Shown piece by piece: positions 48,531 to 58,009 of a stretch of 64,000 nt of DNA. Every line of letters begins with the position of its first letter. Within the stretch, counting starts at the first letter, position 1. The translations under genes and the position numbers were made by a program. Under the pieces are notes generated by a model. The model was not told where the DNA came from. It saw only the letters and a program-made list of their open reading frames with translations, and did not search any database. Origin of the DNA: a virus; IMG/VR virus record IMGVR_UViG_3300036715_003254, positions 74,482 to 138,481 of that record. One strand, written 5' to 3'.

Positions 48531-49250
48531 ATGAACTATTTATTACACTACAACAAATTAATCGAAAGAGCTAAAACAAGAAAGCTCGAAACCTACAAAG
48601 AAAAACACCATATTATCCCTAGATGTATCGGCGGAACTGACGCAAAAGAAAATCTAGTTGAACTGACGGCAAGAGAACATTTTGTCGCACATCAGCTTCT
48701 TATAAAAATTTATCCAGAAGAAGCTTCTCTTGTATATGCAGCAAGAATGATATGTGTTGACAGATACGGAAATAGAGTTTCGAATAGGCTCTACTCTTGG
48801 TTAAAAGAAAAATATTCTGAAAAGGTATCGGAACAACACAAAGGAAATAGCTATACAAAAGGGAGAAAACTTTCAAAAGAACACTGTGAAAAACTTTCCA
48901 TCATAGCCAAAGAAAGATTGTCTGTAAAGGAAAATCATCCTATGTTCGGTAAAAAACATAGTGAAGAAACTAAAGAAAAGATTAGACAAAAACATTTAGG
49001 CGTCGGTATTGGAAGAAAACATACAGAAGAGACCAAACAAAAAATAAGAGATTCTCTAGGCGATATATCTGGCGAAAATCATCCTTGTTTCGGTAAAAAA
49101 CATAGCGATGAAACTAAGAAAAAGATTGGTCAACAAATTTCAGGTAGAAAATATATGAATAACGGTATTGAGACAAAAGCAGTCAAACCAGAAGACATCG
49201 AAACATATCTACAAAATGGCTTTAGTTTTGGTGTATTGAGAAAGAACTAA
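48531..49250 (+). CDS. HNH homing endonuclease with NUMOD3 repeats
   Basis: EKHHIIPRCIGG..NLVELTAREHFVAH; HPMFGKKHSEETKEKI repeats; late promoter at 48461. Confidence 0.92.
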   Translation: MNYLLHYNKLIERAKTRKLETYKEKHHIIPRCIGGTDAKENLVELTAREHFVAHQLLIKIYPEEASLVYAARMICVDRYGNRVSNRLYSWLKEKYSEKVSEQHKGNSYTKGRKLSKEHCEKLSIIAKERLSVKENHPMFGKKHSEETKEKIRQKHLGVGIGRKHTEETKQKIRDSLGDISGENHPCFGKKHSDETKKKIGQQISGRKYMNNGIETKAVKPEDIETYLQNGFSFGVLRKN

Positions 49251-50809
49251 GTAGTTCTTCTCTCAATTTCTTTCCTCAATCTCTCATACTCTCTTTTGAA
49301 GTTTTGACTCTTTTTCTTTTCATTTTTTCTTTTATGATACATATTTTCCATCAATTCAGAAAGAAGACCTTGTTTTTCATTACTGAAAGGAATACCAAGA
49401 GTACTGAAAGAGATGTTTTCGGCTAGACATATTTTTTTGATATAAGCTAGAACATCTTCTGGTATAGATAAAACTTGTTCTTCATCTTCTGAAAAGTATT
49501 GTCTTATGATTTTTTGTATATCAGGATATTTCTTACTTAATTCTACTAAAGGAACTTTTACATCAGGAGATAGGTTTGCTGAAACAATAGTATTTGGATA
49601 AAGCGAGTTCCAGTCAATCGTCGCAACCCAACGATATTTTCCTGGTACAGGATTCATTACCCAGCCACCTTTAATAGATCCAAAAGAATCATTAACAGAA
49701 TCATTAGGTAATACAAGACCTCTTTGTAAAGCCTTATTGTAAACATACATTCCCCAAGGTCTAACTGTTCCTAGAGCGTCGTCAAGAGTAATACCCATCA
49801 TATCTGCGATAGTTTTTTGTATAGCGATAATAGATTTTTTCGCTTCTATGTCAACTATCAACTGTACATCTTTAATACCATACTCTACAAACTTTGTAAA
49901 GTCTCTGTAGTAAAGGTCTGTCAGGTTTTCGAATTCGTCATATTCTACCTTCGAGTCTCCTAGTTCTACCCTCGCTATATTGTTAAGCGAATAGCTGTCT
50001 CTTGGAACAAGAACAAACTTTTTATAGGTATCCAACATATCAACTATTACAAAACCAGAAATATCACATTCAAAAGCTGTTTGACCTTGATACTCTTTCA
50101 TAGTTAGTTTATAAGTTCCAAACTCTGACAGATTTCCAGGATCCATACCTAGCTTTTTAAAACGATTAATGATATAAGGGATGTCGAAACCTTTTATATT
50201 CCAACCAGCTATAATTAACGGATTTAGAATTCTGATTGTTTTGGCAAAACCCAAAAGCATATTTTCTTCGCTTGAAAACTTTTTGAATTTTACTTCTTCT
50301 TTAAATTTACTTTGAATGTATTCTTTATCTAGATTAGCGTCCGAAGTATAGAAACAAAAATATTTTTTCTCGAACGAATCATAAAACTGAAATAGAGAAA
50401 TAGGAAATTCCGCTTTCTCTGGATAAGGAAACCCAGCATCAGAAGTAACTTCTATATCTAGGAATAAAATTTTCGGCGTAGAGTATTCTGCTTTTTCAAA
50501 AAAGTTTTCAAATATGTACGAATACATACCGTTTCTTTTTCCATAGGTTTTAAAATTTGAAAGTCCGCCATAATTCTTTTCAAATTCTTGAAACTCTTTA
50601 TTATTTTTGAATGTTAGTTTCTTTAGATTGATTGATTTGTTAAGAAAATATTTGTATCCAGTTTCTTCTTTAGATTCAACAAATAATTCATAAGGAATGT
50701 TTACTTCTTCGAAATGGGAGTTATTCAAATTATCTTGATAGCGAAGTATGGTCTTATAGCCGGATTTGAAAATATGTTCAAACTTTCTTTTCAAAACAAT
50801 CCTTTTCAA
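49247..50809 (-). CDS. gp43: Family B DNA polymerase, N-terminal subunit (exonuclease + motif A)
   Basis: LDIEV, GWNIKGFDIPY, YGIKDV, DWNSLYP. Confidence 0.95.
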   Translation of the reverse strand: MKRIVLKRKFEHIFKSGYKTILRYQDNLNNSHFEEVNIPYELFVESKEETGYKYFLNKSINLKKLTFKNNKEFQEFEKNYGGLSNFKTYGKRNGMYSYIFENFFEKAEYSTPKILFLDIEVTSDAGFPYPEKAEFPISLFQFYDSFEKKYFCFYTSDANLDKEYIQSKFKEEVKFKKFSSEENMLLGFAKTIRILNPLIIAGWNIKGFDIPYIINRFKKLGMDPGNLSEFGTYKLTMKEYQGQTAFECDISGFVIVDMLDTYKKFVLVPRDSYSLNNIARVELGDSKVEYDEFENLTDLYYRDFTKFVEYGIKDVQLIVDIEAKKSIIAIQKTIADMMGITLDDALGTVRPWGMYVYNKALQRGLVLPNDSVNDSFGSIKGGWVMNPVPGKYRWVATIDWNSLYPNTIVSANLSPDVKVPLVELSKKYPDIQKIIRQYFSEDEEQVLSIPEDVLAYIKKICLAENISFSTLGIPFSNEKQGLLSELMENMYHKRKNEKKKSQNFKREYERLRKEIERRTT

Positions 50810-50839
50810 AGTTTTGAAAGAATTATATCGTAAGAAAGT

Positions 50840-51424
50840 TTAAAAAGAAGGTATAGATTGAGTTACCTTAATACTTGTAGGTTTTATTTTTTTCATAAAC
50901 ACATCTGCCGCTCTTTTTAATCTAGGTGAATGAGAGAATGCTGTTCTGAAAAAATTATCAAAGGTAGCTTTAAAAAACTCTATAGAGTCAATATATGTGA
51001 CAATCTCAAAAGCTGAATCAAACTTAATTTTCACAGAGTCTTTGTCTTCTGATACAACAGTTCCTTTAAGTTTTAATTGTTCAAGACTTTTGAATACAAT
51101 CATAACGCCTACTTCTGGACCAGCTTTTACTTCTCCTGTTTTCTTAGCTTGATCCATTTCACTATTATGTTGTACTTTTATACCGTTCTTAATAAAAAGA
51201 ATTGGTTCATTTACAGGTAGAGAGTTGTAAATGACCATCGCACAGAAAGAGGGAAGCGTAAGAATAGTAGCAACCTTTCCTGTGTCATTAAATTCAGGCT
51301 CTTTCTTCGGCTCAGCCTTTGGTTCTACTTTAGGTTCTTCCGCTTTAGGAGCAATAACTGCCTTAGCTATATCATAGAATTTCTTTAGCTTAATTCCAGT
51401 TGCTATTGCTCCAGTTACATTCAT
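50840..51424 (-). CDS. Hypothetical protein
   Basis: 194-aa ORF overlapping the upstream stop codon. Confidence 0.6.
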   Translation of the reverse strand: MNVTGAIATGIKLKKFYDIAKAVIAPKAEEPKVEPKAEPKKEPEFNDTGKVATILTLPSFCAMVIYNSLPVNEPILFIKNGIKVQHNSEMDQAKKTGEVKAGPEVGVMIVFKSLEQLKLKGTVVSEDKDSVKIKFDSAFEIVTYIDSIEFFKATFDNFFRTAFSHSPRLKRAADVFMKKIKPTSIKVTQSIPSF

Positions 51425-52422
51425 ATTACTTTAATTCCTTTTGGTAGAATAACACAGTTTGTTTTTCTATTTTTTTCTATAAGTTTTTCAAAATCTACTT
51501 TTTCAAATGTACATTCAAACGGTCTTACAAAAATTGTATTACCTATATGTACATATATAGCAGTAGTATATATATCAATCATATCTTTATCTTTTTTAAG
51601 GTCAGGATTTTTTCCTTTTAGCCTTACAGGACAATAGAACGGATCTTTATCGGCTTTTTGTAAGCTTGAAAGAACTTCTATAAGGTCAAATGGATGAGTT
51701 ACCTTTGGAAGAGCTTCTATTGTGTGTTCTCTTCTTTTGACTGATGAAATATAGCCTCTACCGTCTTCTTCAGTATAACCTGCGTCACCTAGCAAAACGC
51801 CGTTATTTGTTCTTACAAACCAAGCGTCTTCTTCTGGTTCAAAAACCTTAACATCATAGTCTTCAGGTTTAATTAGTCTAGTAACGACTTTTTTAACATC
51901 TTCTGCATCTTCTATTTCATTATAGTTGTCACCATAATATTTGTCTATTACTTCTTGAGAGTATTTTTCTCTTGTTTCTGGTGGAAGGAATATTTCAACT
52001 ATTTTTAAGTTTTTCTCGTCTGCCACTAGAGTACAACCTTCAAATCTACAGTCAACAAGGTATTGTACAGCTTCATCTACAGTTTTTCTTTTTAGAGCTT
52101 GTCTGATAATAACACCGTTTCTTGATACATTTTGAGGTTCGTCTTTTGCTTTTTTAGTTCCTTCTTTCTTATCATCGTGATTTTGAAGAGCTGATGATAC
52201 TATAGAAATACCGAAAGAATTGAGACCTTCAGACCAGTCAGTATCAGAGTCTACAACGAATAGAGCTTCTCCTTCATCAGGAGTACCAACATTAAATCTT
52301 CTTCTTTTTATAACCATATGAGAGTCATATGCTCTGTCTCTAATTTTAGCTAGATATACTTTTGAATCTTTTGTTCTTTTTCCATCTTTATTTGGCCAAA
52401 AATATCCAATAGTAACGCACAA
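51421..52422 (-). CDS. Ntn-hydrolase-like protein
   Basis: Cys at position 2, AKIRDR, SEGLNSFGI, VRTN. Confidence 0.65.
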   Translation of the reverse strand: MCVTIGYFWPNKDGKRTKDSKVYLAKIRDRAYDSHMVIKRRRFNVGTPDEGEALFVVDSDTDWSEGLNSFGISIVSSALQNHDDKKEGTKKAKDEPQNVSRNGVIIRQALKRKTVDEAVQYLVDCRFEGCTLVADEKNLKIVEIFLPPETREKYSQEVIDKYYGDNYNEIEDAEDVKKVVTRLIKPEDYDVKVFEPEEDAWFVRTNNGVLLGDAGYTEEDGRGYISSVKRREHTIEALPKVTHPFDLIEVLSSLQKADKDPFYCPVRLKGKNPDLKKDKDMIDIYTTAIYVHIGNTIFVRPFECTFEKVDFEKLIEKNRKTNCVILPKGIKVI

Positions 52423-52468
52423 AATACACCATCCTCGAGAGTTTGCGAAGCTCTCTTTTTTCCTCTAT

Positions 52469-52717
52469 TTATTGTTTTGTTTGGTTGTTATCTAGCTTTC
52501 GACATACATCAAGAGCTTGTTCCAATTTTTTAGAGTATTCAACTACATTAATGAAAGTCTCTGTATTATTTTCACCCATTTCCGGTTTTGAAGGTTGAGG
52601 CGCTTGACAAGCAACAGGAACATCTACATATACTATATTATCTTTGTAAGTCGGACAAGTTGTTTTACAAGCACAACCTAAAAAAAGAAGCGGTGCTAAG
52701 AAAAGTAAATATCTCAT
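52469..52717 (-). CDS. o-spanin (Rz1-like lipoprotein)
   Basis: Lipobox FLGC, VDVPVAC, Y...LE.AL..C. Confidence 0.75.
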   Translation of the reverse strand: MRYLLFLAPLLFLGCACKTTCPTYKDNIVYVDVPVACQAPQPSKPEMGENNTETFINVVEYSKKLEQALDVCRKLDNNQTKQ

Positions 52718-53112
52718 TTGAAAAATCCTTCTTTTTTCAGATTTTGAATATAGTCGTTAAGAACAGTATTATTACAGTCTTTTCCACTTGTTCTTGCTTT
52801 AGCTTTCCAATCAGCAGACTCTTTTGATATTCTTTCAACTTGAGTAGAATAAGTCATAAGATTTTTTTGATTATCGATTCTTATTTTTTCAATAGCGTCG
52901 TTTGATGTTTTCAAAGCTTGCTTGAGATAAAACTCGTTTGTTTGAGAAACATTAAGATCGGTTTCTAGCTTTCCAATAGTTTGTTCATACGCTTTACAAT
53001 TTTCTTGAAGAGAGCGTATTCTAAAATGTTGAAAGCCAATAGCAATCAACAGAAGACCAACTAAAACAAAACCTTTATTTTCTGAAAAAAATTCTGATAT
53101 CAAACTAAACAT
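52714..53112 (-). CDS. i-spanin (Rz-like)
   Basis: N-terminal TM plus coiled coil, coupled to the lipoprotein gene. Confidence 0.75.
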   Translation of the reverse strand: MFSLISEFFSENKGFVLVGLLLIAIGFQHFRIRSLQENCKAYEQTIGKLETDLNVSQTNEFYLKQALKTSNDAIEKIRIDNQKNLMTYSTQVERISKESADWKAKARTSGKDCNNTVLNDYIQNLKKEGFFK

Positions 53113-53359
53113 TTAAAAGTTCCTTTAGCACTATTAGTTTTTGCTGTTTCTCATCACAAATTGATGATATTCCTCTATTTTGTAGTCTTTTTATTTTATG
53201 ATTAGAAAAGGATTCTGTGTTAGTAAAAAATTCTACAATTAAACTTTCTGAAACAGGCGTGAGAGCTACTTCCTTTCCTGTTTCATCAAATGCCTTATAT
53301 CTTTGAGCCTCTAGAAGAAAATCCGATACAGAAATTGACGGACAATTACCGCTCATCAT
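53105..53359 (-). CDS. Hypothetical protein
   Basis: GGAG RBS, 84 aa. Confidence 0.55.
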   Translation of the reverse strand: MMSGNCPSISVSDFLLEAQRYKAFDETGKEVALTPVSESLIVEFFTNTESFSNHKIKRLQNRGISSICDEKQQKLIVLKELLNV

Positions 53360-53390
53360 TGATAAATACTCTCCAATTTTTGGAATTGAG

Positions 53391-55172
53391 TTATTTATTT
53401 CCTAGAATTCCTTTCAGCTCTTCAAACATTCCCCAGACTTGTTTAGGTGTCATAGACTTAAATGCTTCAAAGTCATTATCTCTTATAGCTTGTACAACTT
53501 TTGTAGCCGAAATATCGTCATCAGTTCTTTTTATTTCAATTATTTTGATATGTTGTTTTTCAGCAACAGGTCTATAATCATTCACTCTGTCTGTTCCACA
53601 GTATAGCTGAGTAATCTGCCAAGGAAGAAGTTTCGCTATATTTTGTATATTGCCTGTAGGAACTTCAATTATTGTTATATTTGGAAAACATTTTCTCAAC
53701 ATAGAAAGTCTTGTTATTTGCGGAATTTCTGAGTTTCTTCCGGATACAAGACATACAGCAGCATTATCAGATTCTTGAATCATATTTTCTATAATTCTGT
53801 AGTGCGCCAAAGTAAGAATTCTCATTTTACCTATAAAGACTGAGTTCTTCATATTTGATGTCATATCAGAAAGAAGAATTTTTCCTGTAGTGAAAAGGTC
53901 ATCTTGTTTTTGTTGTACGGTTTTATTTTCGTTTTGACCATCGAACTCTGTAGTCTTGTAAACTATTTTAGAGTATTCTTTTATTTTTTGTTGTGGACTT
54001 TCAGCCTTTATGTTATTGATAATTTTAAGGGCTTGTTGTTTTACTTTTTCCCAGTAAAGGTTTTCAGCATCTCTATCCAGAGCGCCGTATTTCTTTTTAA
54101 TCTCAAGTCTAGTCGCTTTATCGTGTTGGTCTGATTGAAGAATTTTGTAGTAATCGTCGCCAATCTTAATTACTACACCTTCAGTTTTTCCGCCTAGCTC
54201 TGAATCAATAGAAAGCAGAATATCACAAATTTGATCGAATATCTCATCTTTATGTTCAAAATGAAGCTCTTTTTGTTTTCTAACAAAATAAGATGCAACT
54301 GCTTGAGAAGTACAACCAGATATTAGATTGGAGTAAGAGTCAAGCGTTCCTCTAAATAACACTGGCGGCAAATTGAATCTAAATATTTTCGCATAATATT
54401 CATTGTCTTCATTTTCTAGAGGTCCAACTGATGTAGTTACCTTTAGTCCAGAAACTCTTATAGAATTTATTTTAGCATATCCAATTAGATATAAGGTATG
54501 TTTAAACTTCTCATATTGTCTCGTTAGAGTAGCTTTCTTCATAATGAATTCACAGAAGAATTCTGTATTTCTTTTTACTCTCGATAGGTTTGGATGTGCC
54601 AATCTCAATTGGTCCCAAACAAACTTATATTGCGCAAAACCTGATGATTTTTGTACTTGTTCGTCAGATATACCTTCTATCTCGCCAGGAGTAATAATAG
54701 AATTTTTATACGCTACTATCCAGTTCTTTTCAGGATGATCTTTATCATACGGAGTGTCGGTACGAATTATTGAAAGCTTTGTTCCGTCCAATTTTTCTTG
54801 AATTTCTACCTTTTTTGTCAGGAAGTCATTTTGAACAGATTTTGGAGCTTTTCTAATGTCTTTTATTGAAATGTCTAATCTTGTTGTAACAGGAGCGCCT
54901 TCATTAATACCTTTTTCTTGACTTACTTTTTTATCAATATATTCTTTCATCTTTTTAAAAAGGTCTGTATCTATATGTGCCAAATCATAAAATCTTGATA
55001 AGTTATTATTTTCAATATAAGCAGACAGTTTAGAGGCTACTTCTTCCATTTCTTCTTCAGAAAATATTTCCTCTCCAGAAACAATTCTGATTGTAGAACC
55101 GTCTATTTGCAGGTCATAGTTGTATCCCTCTGTTCCTTTAAAGGGATAAAGATTTTTTAATATATGCATCAC
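53391..55172 (-). CDS. Ligase-type nucleotidyltransferase fused to a cytidylyltransferase-like domain
   Basis: EKLDG (motif I), EGVVIK (IV), YYKI (V); C-terminal GKMRILTLAH, GTDR, ISATKV. Confidence 0.75.
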   Translation of the reverse strand: MMHILKNLYPFKGTEGYNYDLQIDGSTIRIVSGEEIFSEEEMEEVASKLSAYIENNNLSRFYDLAHIDTDLFKKMKEYIDKKVSQEKGINEGAPVTTRLDISIKDIRKAPKSVQNDFLTKKVEIQEKLDGTKLSIIRTDTPYDKDHPEKNWIVAYKNSIITPGEIEGISDEQVQKSSGFAQYKFVWDQLRLAHPNLSRVKRNTEFFCEFIMKKATLTRQYEKFKHTLYLIGYAKINSIRVSGLKVTTSVGPLENEDNEYYAKIFRFNLPPVLFRGTLDSYSNLISGCTSQAVASYFVRKQKELHFEHKDEIFDQICDILLSIDSELGGKTEGVVIKIGDDYYKILQSDQHDKATRLEIKKKYGALDRDAENLYWEKVKQQALKIINNIKAESPQQKIKEYSKIVYKTTEFDGQNENKTVQQKQDDLFTTGKILLSDMTSNMKNSVFIGKMRILTLAHYRIIENMIQESDNAAVCLVSGRNSEIPQITRLSMLRKCFPNITIIEVPTGNIQNIAKLLPWQITQLYCGTDRVNDYRPVAEKQHIKIIEIKRTDDDISATKVVQAIRDNDFEAFKSMTPKQVWGMFEELKGILGNK

Positions 55173-55648
55173 TCTATCTCCAGATAATCAAATGAAATTG
55201 TTATTCCTACGCTTAATTGGTCATCATTTTCGGTTGAAGAAAACGAAACAGACTCTATACTCTTTATTTTGCATCCATAAAGAACAACTCTCATTATAAC
55301 ATCTTCGCTGTCAGGAGACATAACAAGGAGAGTAGAATTTTTATTATCGTTTTGTAGTTCGCCGTTATTCGGATCGTTTCTATAAAATTGAATCTTCTTG
55401 ACTATTTGTTTCCAAATTGAGAAATTTTCATCGATTAACATCTTTATAGAAAGATCTTCGTAATTTATTACGCCGCCTTGAATTTGGGCAGCATATCTTC
55501 CCTTTAAAGGTTTAGAGTGTTCGATTGATAGTCCAGGAAGATTAACCTCCTGGATGTAATACTCTATTTCTTCATTGTCACTAAACATAGTTGTAACGAA
55601 CACAAGGCTCGATTTTATTCCAAGGGATCTTCTTGTATTCGTCGCCAT
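55169..55648 (-). CDS. Tail tube terminator (gp3/gp19-like)
   Basis: QEVNLPGLS, YEDLSIKMLIDENF, F...S.F pattern. Confidence 0.75.
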   Translation of the reverse strand: MATNTRRSLGIKSSLVFVTTMFSDNEEIEYYIQEVNLPGLSIEHSKPLKGRYAAQIQGGVINYEDLSIKMLIDENFSIWKQIVKKIQFYRNDPNNGELQNDNKNSTLLVMSPDSEDVIMRVVLYGCKIKSIESVSFSSTENDDQLSVGITISFDYLEIE

Positions 55649-55654
55649 CTATAA

Positions 55655-55918
55655 TTACCTACCGAAAGAAGAGCTTACTTTAGCTTTGATTTTTGTTTTT
55701 GCCGGAACTTTAACTTTTTCGCCAGTTTTTGGATTTCTTGCTTCTTTAGCAGACACCAAAACTTTTTCGAATTTTATAAAGCCTGTAAGGTTTACTTCTC
55801 CGTCTTCAGCAAGACCTTCTAGAACAGCTTCTTCAAAAATTTTAACTAGCTCACCAGCTTCTTTTTTAGTAAAACCGTTTTTCTCAGCAATAAGATCGAT
55901 AAATTCAGCTTTTTTCAT
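55655..55918 (-). CDS. hup: HU-like DNA-binding protein
   Basis: MKKAEFIDLIAE...GFIKF...ARNPKTGEKVKVPA. Confidence 0.93.
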   Translation of the reverse strand: MKKAEFIDLIAEKNGFTKKEAGELVKIFEEAVLEGLAEDGEVNLTGFIKFEKVLVSAKEARNPKTGEKVKVPAKTKIKAKVSSSFGR

Positions 55919-56006
55919 ACTTAACCTTTTGTAAATTTTTGACCAAAAAAATGTTTGGTCTATCGGAAAAATCAAAAATAATTTCTCTGATAGACCAAAA
56001 GTAGTT

Positions 56007-56195
56007 CTATCTTCTAGCGGCCATTTGTATAATTTGTTCTTGAAATGTGACAGGTTTCGCATTTTCTGAACTATCAGTTGCGCTCGCTTTTGAAACACTT
56101 TTGTTAGCTTCTGAAATATTTCCGTCGGCTTTTTTATCGCAGCCCGTAATAAAAACAGAGATAAAAACGGAAACAACAAGAAGTTTTTTAATCAT
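56007..56195 (-). CDS. Small lipoprotein with 2 N-glycosylation sequons
   Basis: Lipobox ITGC; DGNIS, EANKS. Confidence 0.8.
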   Translation of the reverse strand: MIKKLLVVSVFISVFITGCDKKADGNISEANKSVSKASATDSSENAKPVTFQEQIIQMAARR

Positions 56196-56336
56196 AGAAA
56201 CACCTCTTTTCAATGTAATTTAACTAAAATATTTATTGCTGTTGTATGAAAACTCCGCCCTAAAGGACGGAGATAAAAGCTCAAAGAAGAAAGGATTGAT
56301 TTGATTGACAAAAGAATCCCTTTTCTTTATCTTTAC

Positions 56337-56495
56337 TTACTTAGTAGAATTTGCTTCAGAAACATTTCCGTCAACAGTTTTATTTGCTTCAGAAACGCTT
56401 TTGTTAGCATCAGAAGCATTTTTATCTACAGTTTTACCGCAACCCGACATAAACGCAGCGATCAAAACGGAAACGACAAGAAATTTTTTCATCAT
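56337..56495 (-). CDS. Small lipoprotein (52 aa) with 5 N-glycosylation sequons, not in ORF track
   Basis: MMKKFLVVSVLIAAFMSGC-GKTVDKNASDANKSVSEANKTVDGNVSEANSTK*; TATAAATA at 56511-56518. Confidence 0.85.
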   Translation of the reverse strand: MMKKFLVVSVLIAAFMSGCGKTVDKNASDANKSVSEANKTVDGNVSEANSTK

Positions 56496-56540
56496 AGAAA
56501 CCCTTTATTGTATTTATAGGCATCAAGCCAAACATATTTA

Positions 56541-57617
56541 TCACTCATCAAAACTTAAATCTTCATCAACGATTTGTGAATGTTTAAATGAAAACTCTTC
56601 TTCAAGAAACTTTATAAAGCCTGGATACTCTTTAAAAATGGGCTTCCAAACTTCAGCGACATAAATATCTTTTTCTCTGTATTTCTTTTCACCTTCAGAT
56701 GTAGTAACAATATACCATCCAGGAGAGCCTTTTATAATCGGTTTTTTACCTTCAGTGATTGTTTCGGAATAATCCAAAGCGTGTTCAAGAAGACCATAAT
56801 ATGGGTCGAGACCACCATCGTATTTAATTCTGTATTTGAATTTACTGTTTTCCTTAGAAAATCTTGATTTTCTCACAACGCAGGATATTATAGCTCCTGT
56901 AAGTTCTTCAGACTCTTTGTCTTTAGCTTTTGACATACCCATAATAATTACAGAAGAAGCGAAATAAATCCCTCTACCTCCTGGAATTGAAAGAGGATCG
57001 CCGAAACCTCCAACATTGTCATAAACGTGATTTACTATAAACACAGTACATCTTAGAGACTGTAGAAGTCTAGCAAATGAATTTTTCTTTTTAGAAATTG
57101 TCATATCTGCGACATCTTTTCCGCTTGTAGCGTCTGCTACTGTTTTTGCTGTAATCAAACCTCCGAAAGAGTCTAATACAATTACAACATCTTTTCTTTC
57201 TTCTTTTGTGAGAGGCTCAAGCAAATTCATAATAAATTTTTGTATTTCTTCTATTGAAGACTCTTGACAGACAATAAGCTCGTCTATGTTTATACCCATT
57301 TTAGCCGCCGTTTCGGCATCGTAAGCGAATTCAGAGTCAATAAGAACGGCAACTTTACCTTTTCTTTGAGCATTTTTAAGTATTTTCATACCTATAATAG
57401 ACTTCCCTAGAGAAGAAGGAGCAGCAATTGTTGTTACTCTTCCGACAGGAATTCCTTTTGCTACACTACCGGAACAAGCTAGATTAAGAGAGACGCAATC
57501 GGTAGAAATAAAGTCTGTTACTACTGTTTCATCTTCTTCAATTAAGAATTCTTTAATTTTAGAATTCTTGGTCATTTTTTCAAATAGAGTGTTTTTGACG
57601 ATTTTTTCTTTAGCCAT
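56541..57617 (-). CDS. uvsX: RecA-like recombinase
   Basis: APSSLGKS, DSEFA, LDSFG, VNHVY, GGRG. Confidence 0.93.
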   Translation of the reverse strand: MAKEKIVKNTLFEKMTKNSKIKEFLIEEDETVVTDFISTDCVSLNLACSGSVAKGIPVGRVTTIAAPSSLGKSIIGMKILKNAQRKGKVAVLIDSEFAYDAETAAKMGINIDELIVCQESSIEEIQKFIMNLLEPLTKEERKDVVIVLDSFGGLITAKTVADATSGKDVADMTISKKKNSFARLLQSLRCTVFIVNHVYDNVGGFGDPLSIPGGRGIYFASSVIIMGMSKAKDKESEELTGAIISCVVRKSRFSKENSKFKYRIKYDGGLDPYYGLLEHALDYSETITEGKKPIIKGSPGWYIVTTSEGEKKYREKDIYVAEVWKPIFKEYPGFIKFLEEEFSFKHSQIVDEDLSFDE

Positions 57618-57628
57618 ATTTTACCTTT

Positions 57629-57946
57629 TTAAGCATTTAATCTGAAAAGAAGATCTTGAAACTCTTCTGATTGTTCTAGGAAAGAATAAATTCTATCATT
57701 GTCGACATTTTCTGTGACTTTTTCTTTCATAGCTCTTTTCATTTGAGCGATCACTTTGTTGACATTTTTAACTAGAACGCCTTTCTCTTTGGCGTCTTCT
57801 TTTATTACTTTCATATCTTCTTTTAGAGCCTTTATTTCAAGTTCTATTTGAAGAAGTCTACAAGCGAAGTCAACCGTAAGTTTTCTTTCTTCTTCATCCC
57901 TGCTTTGTAGGAACTCGTTTTGAAGCTCCCTATCAGTTTTTACCAT
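57629..57946 (-). CDS. dsDNA-binding protein (T4 DsbA/GapR-like)
   Basis: EIKALKEDMKVIKEDAKEKGV pattern. Confidence 0.6.
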   Translation of the reverse strand: MVKTDRELQNEFLQSRDEEERKLTVDFACRLLQIELEIKALKEDMKVIKEDAKEKGVLVKNVNKVIAQMKRAMKEKVTENVDNDRIYSFLEQSEEFQDLLFRLNA

Positions 57947-58009
57947 TCGCGCTCCTTAAATAAATAGGTTTAGAAATTATAATACGAAAAAGTTTAAAAG
58001 GAAACAAAG

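Noticed and set aside
48409-49246. Intron or intein joining the two polymerase halves
   Set aside because: No group I core or intein motifs; the downstream half has its own promoter and RBS.
56301-56664. Plus-strand ORFs listed in the track
   Set aside because: Shadows of the minus-strand lipoprotein and uvsX genes.
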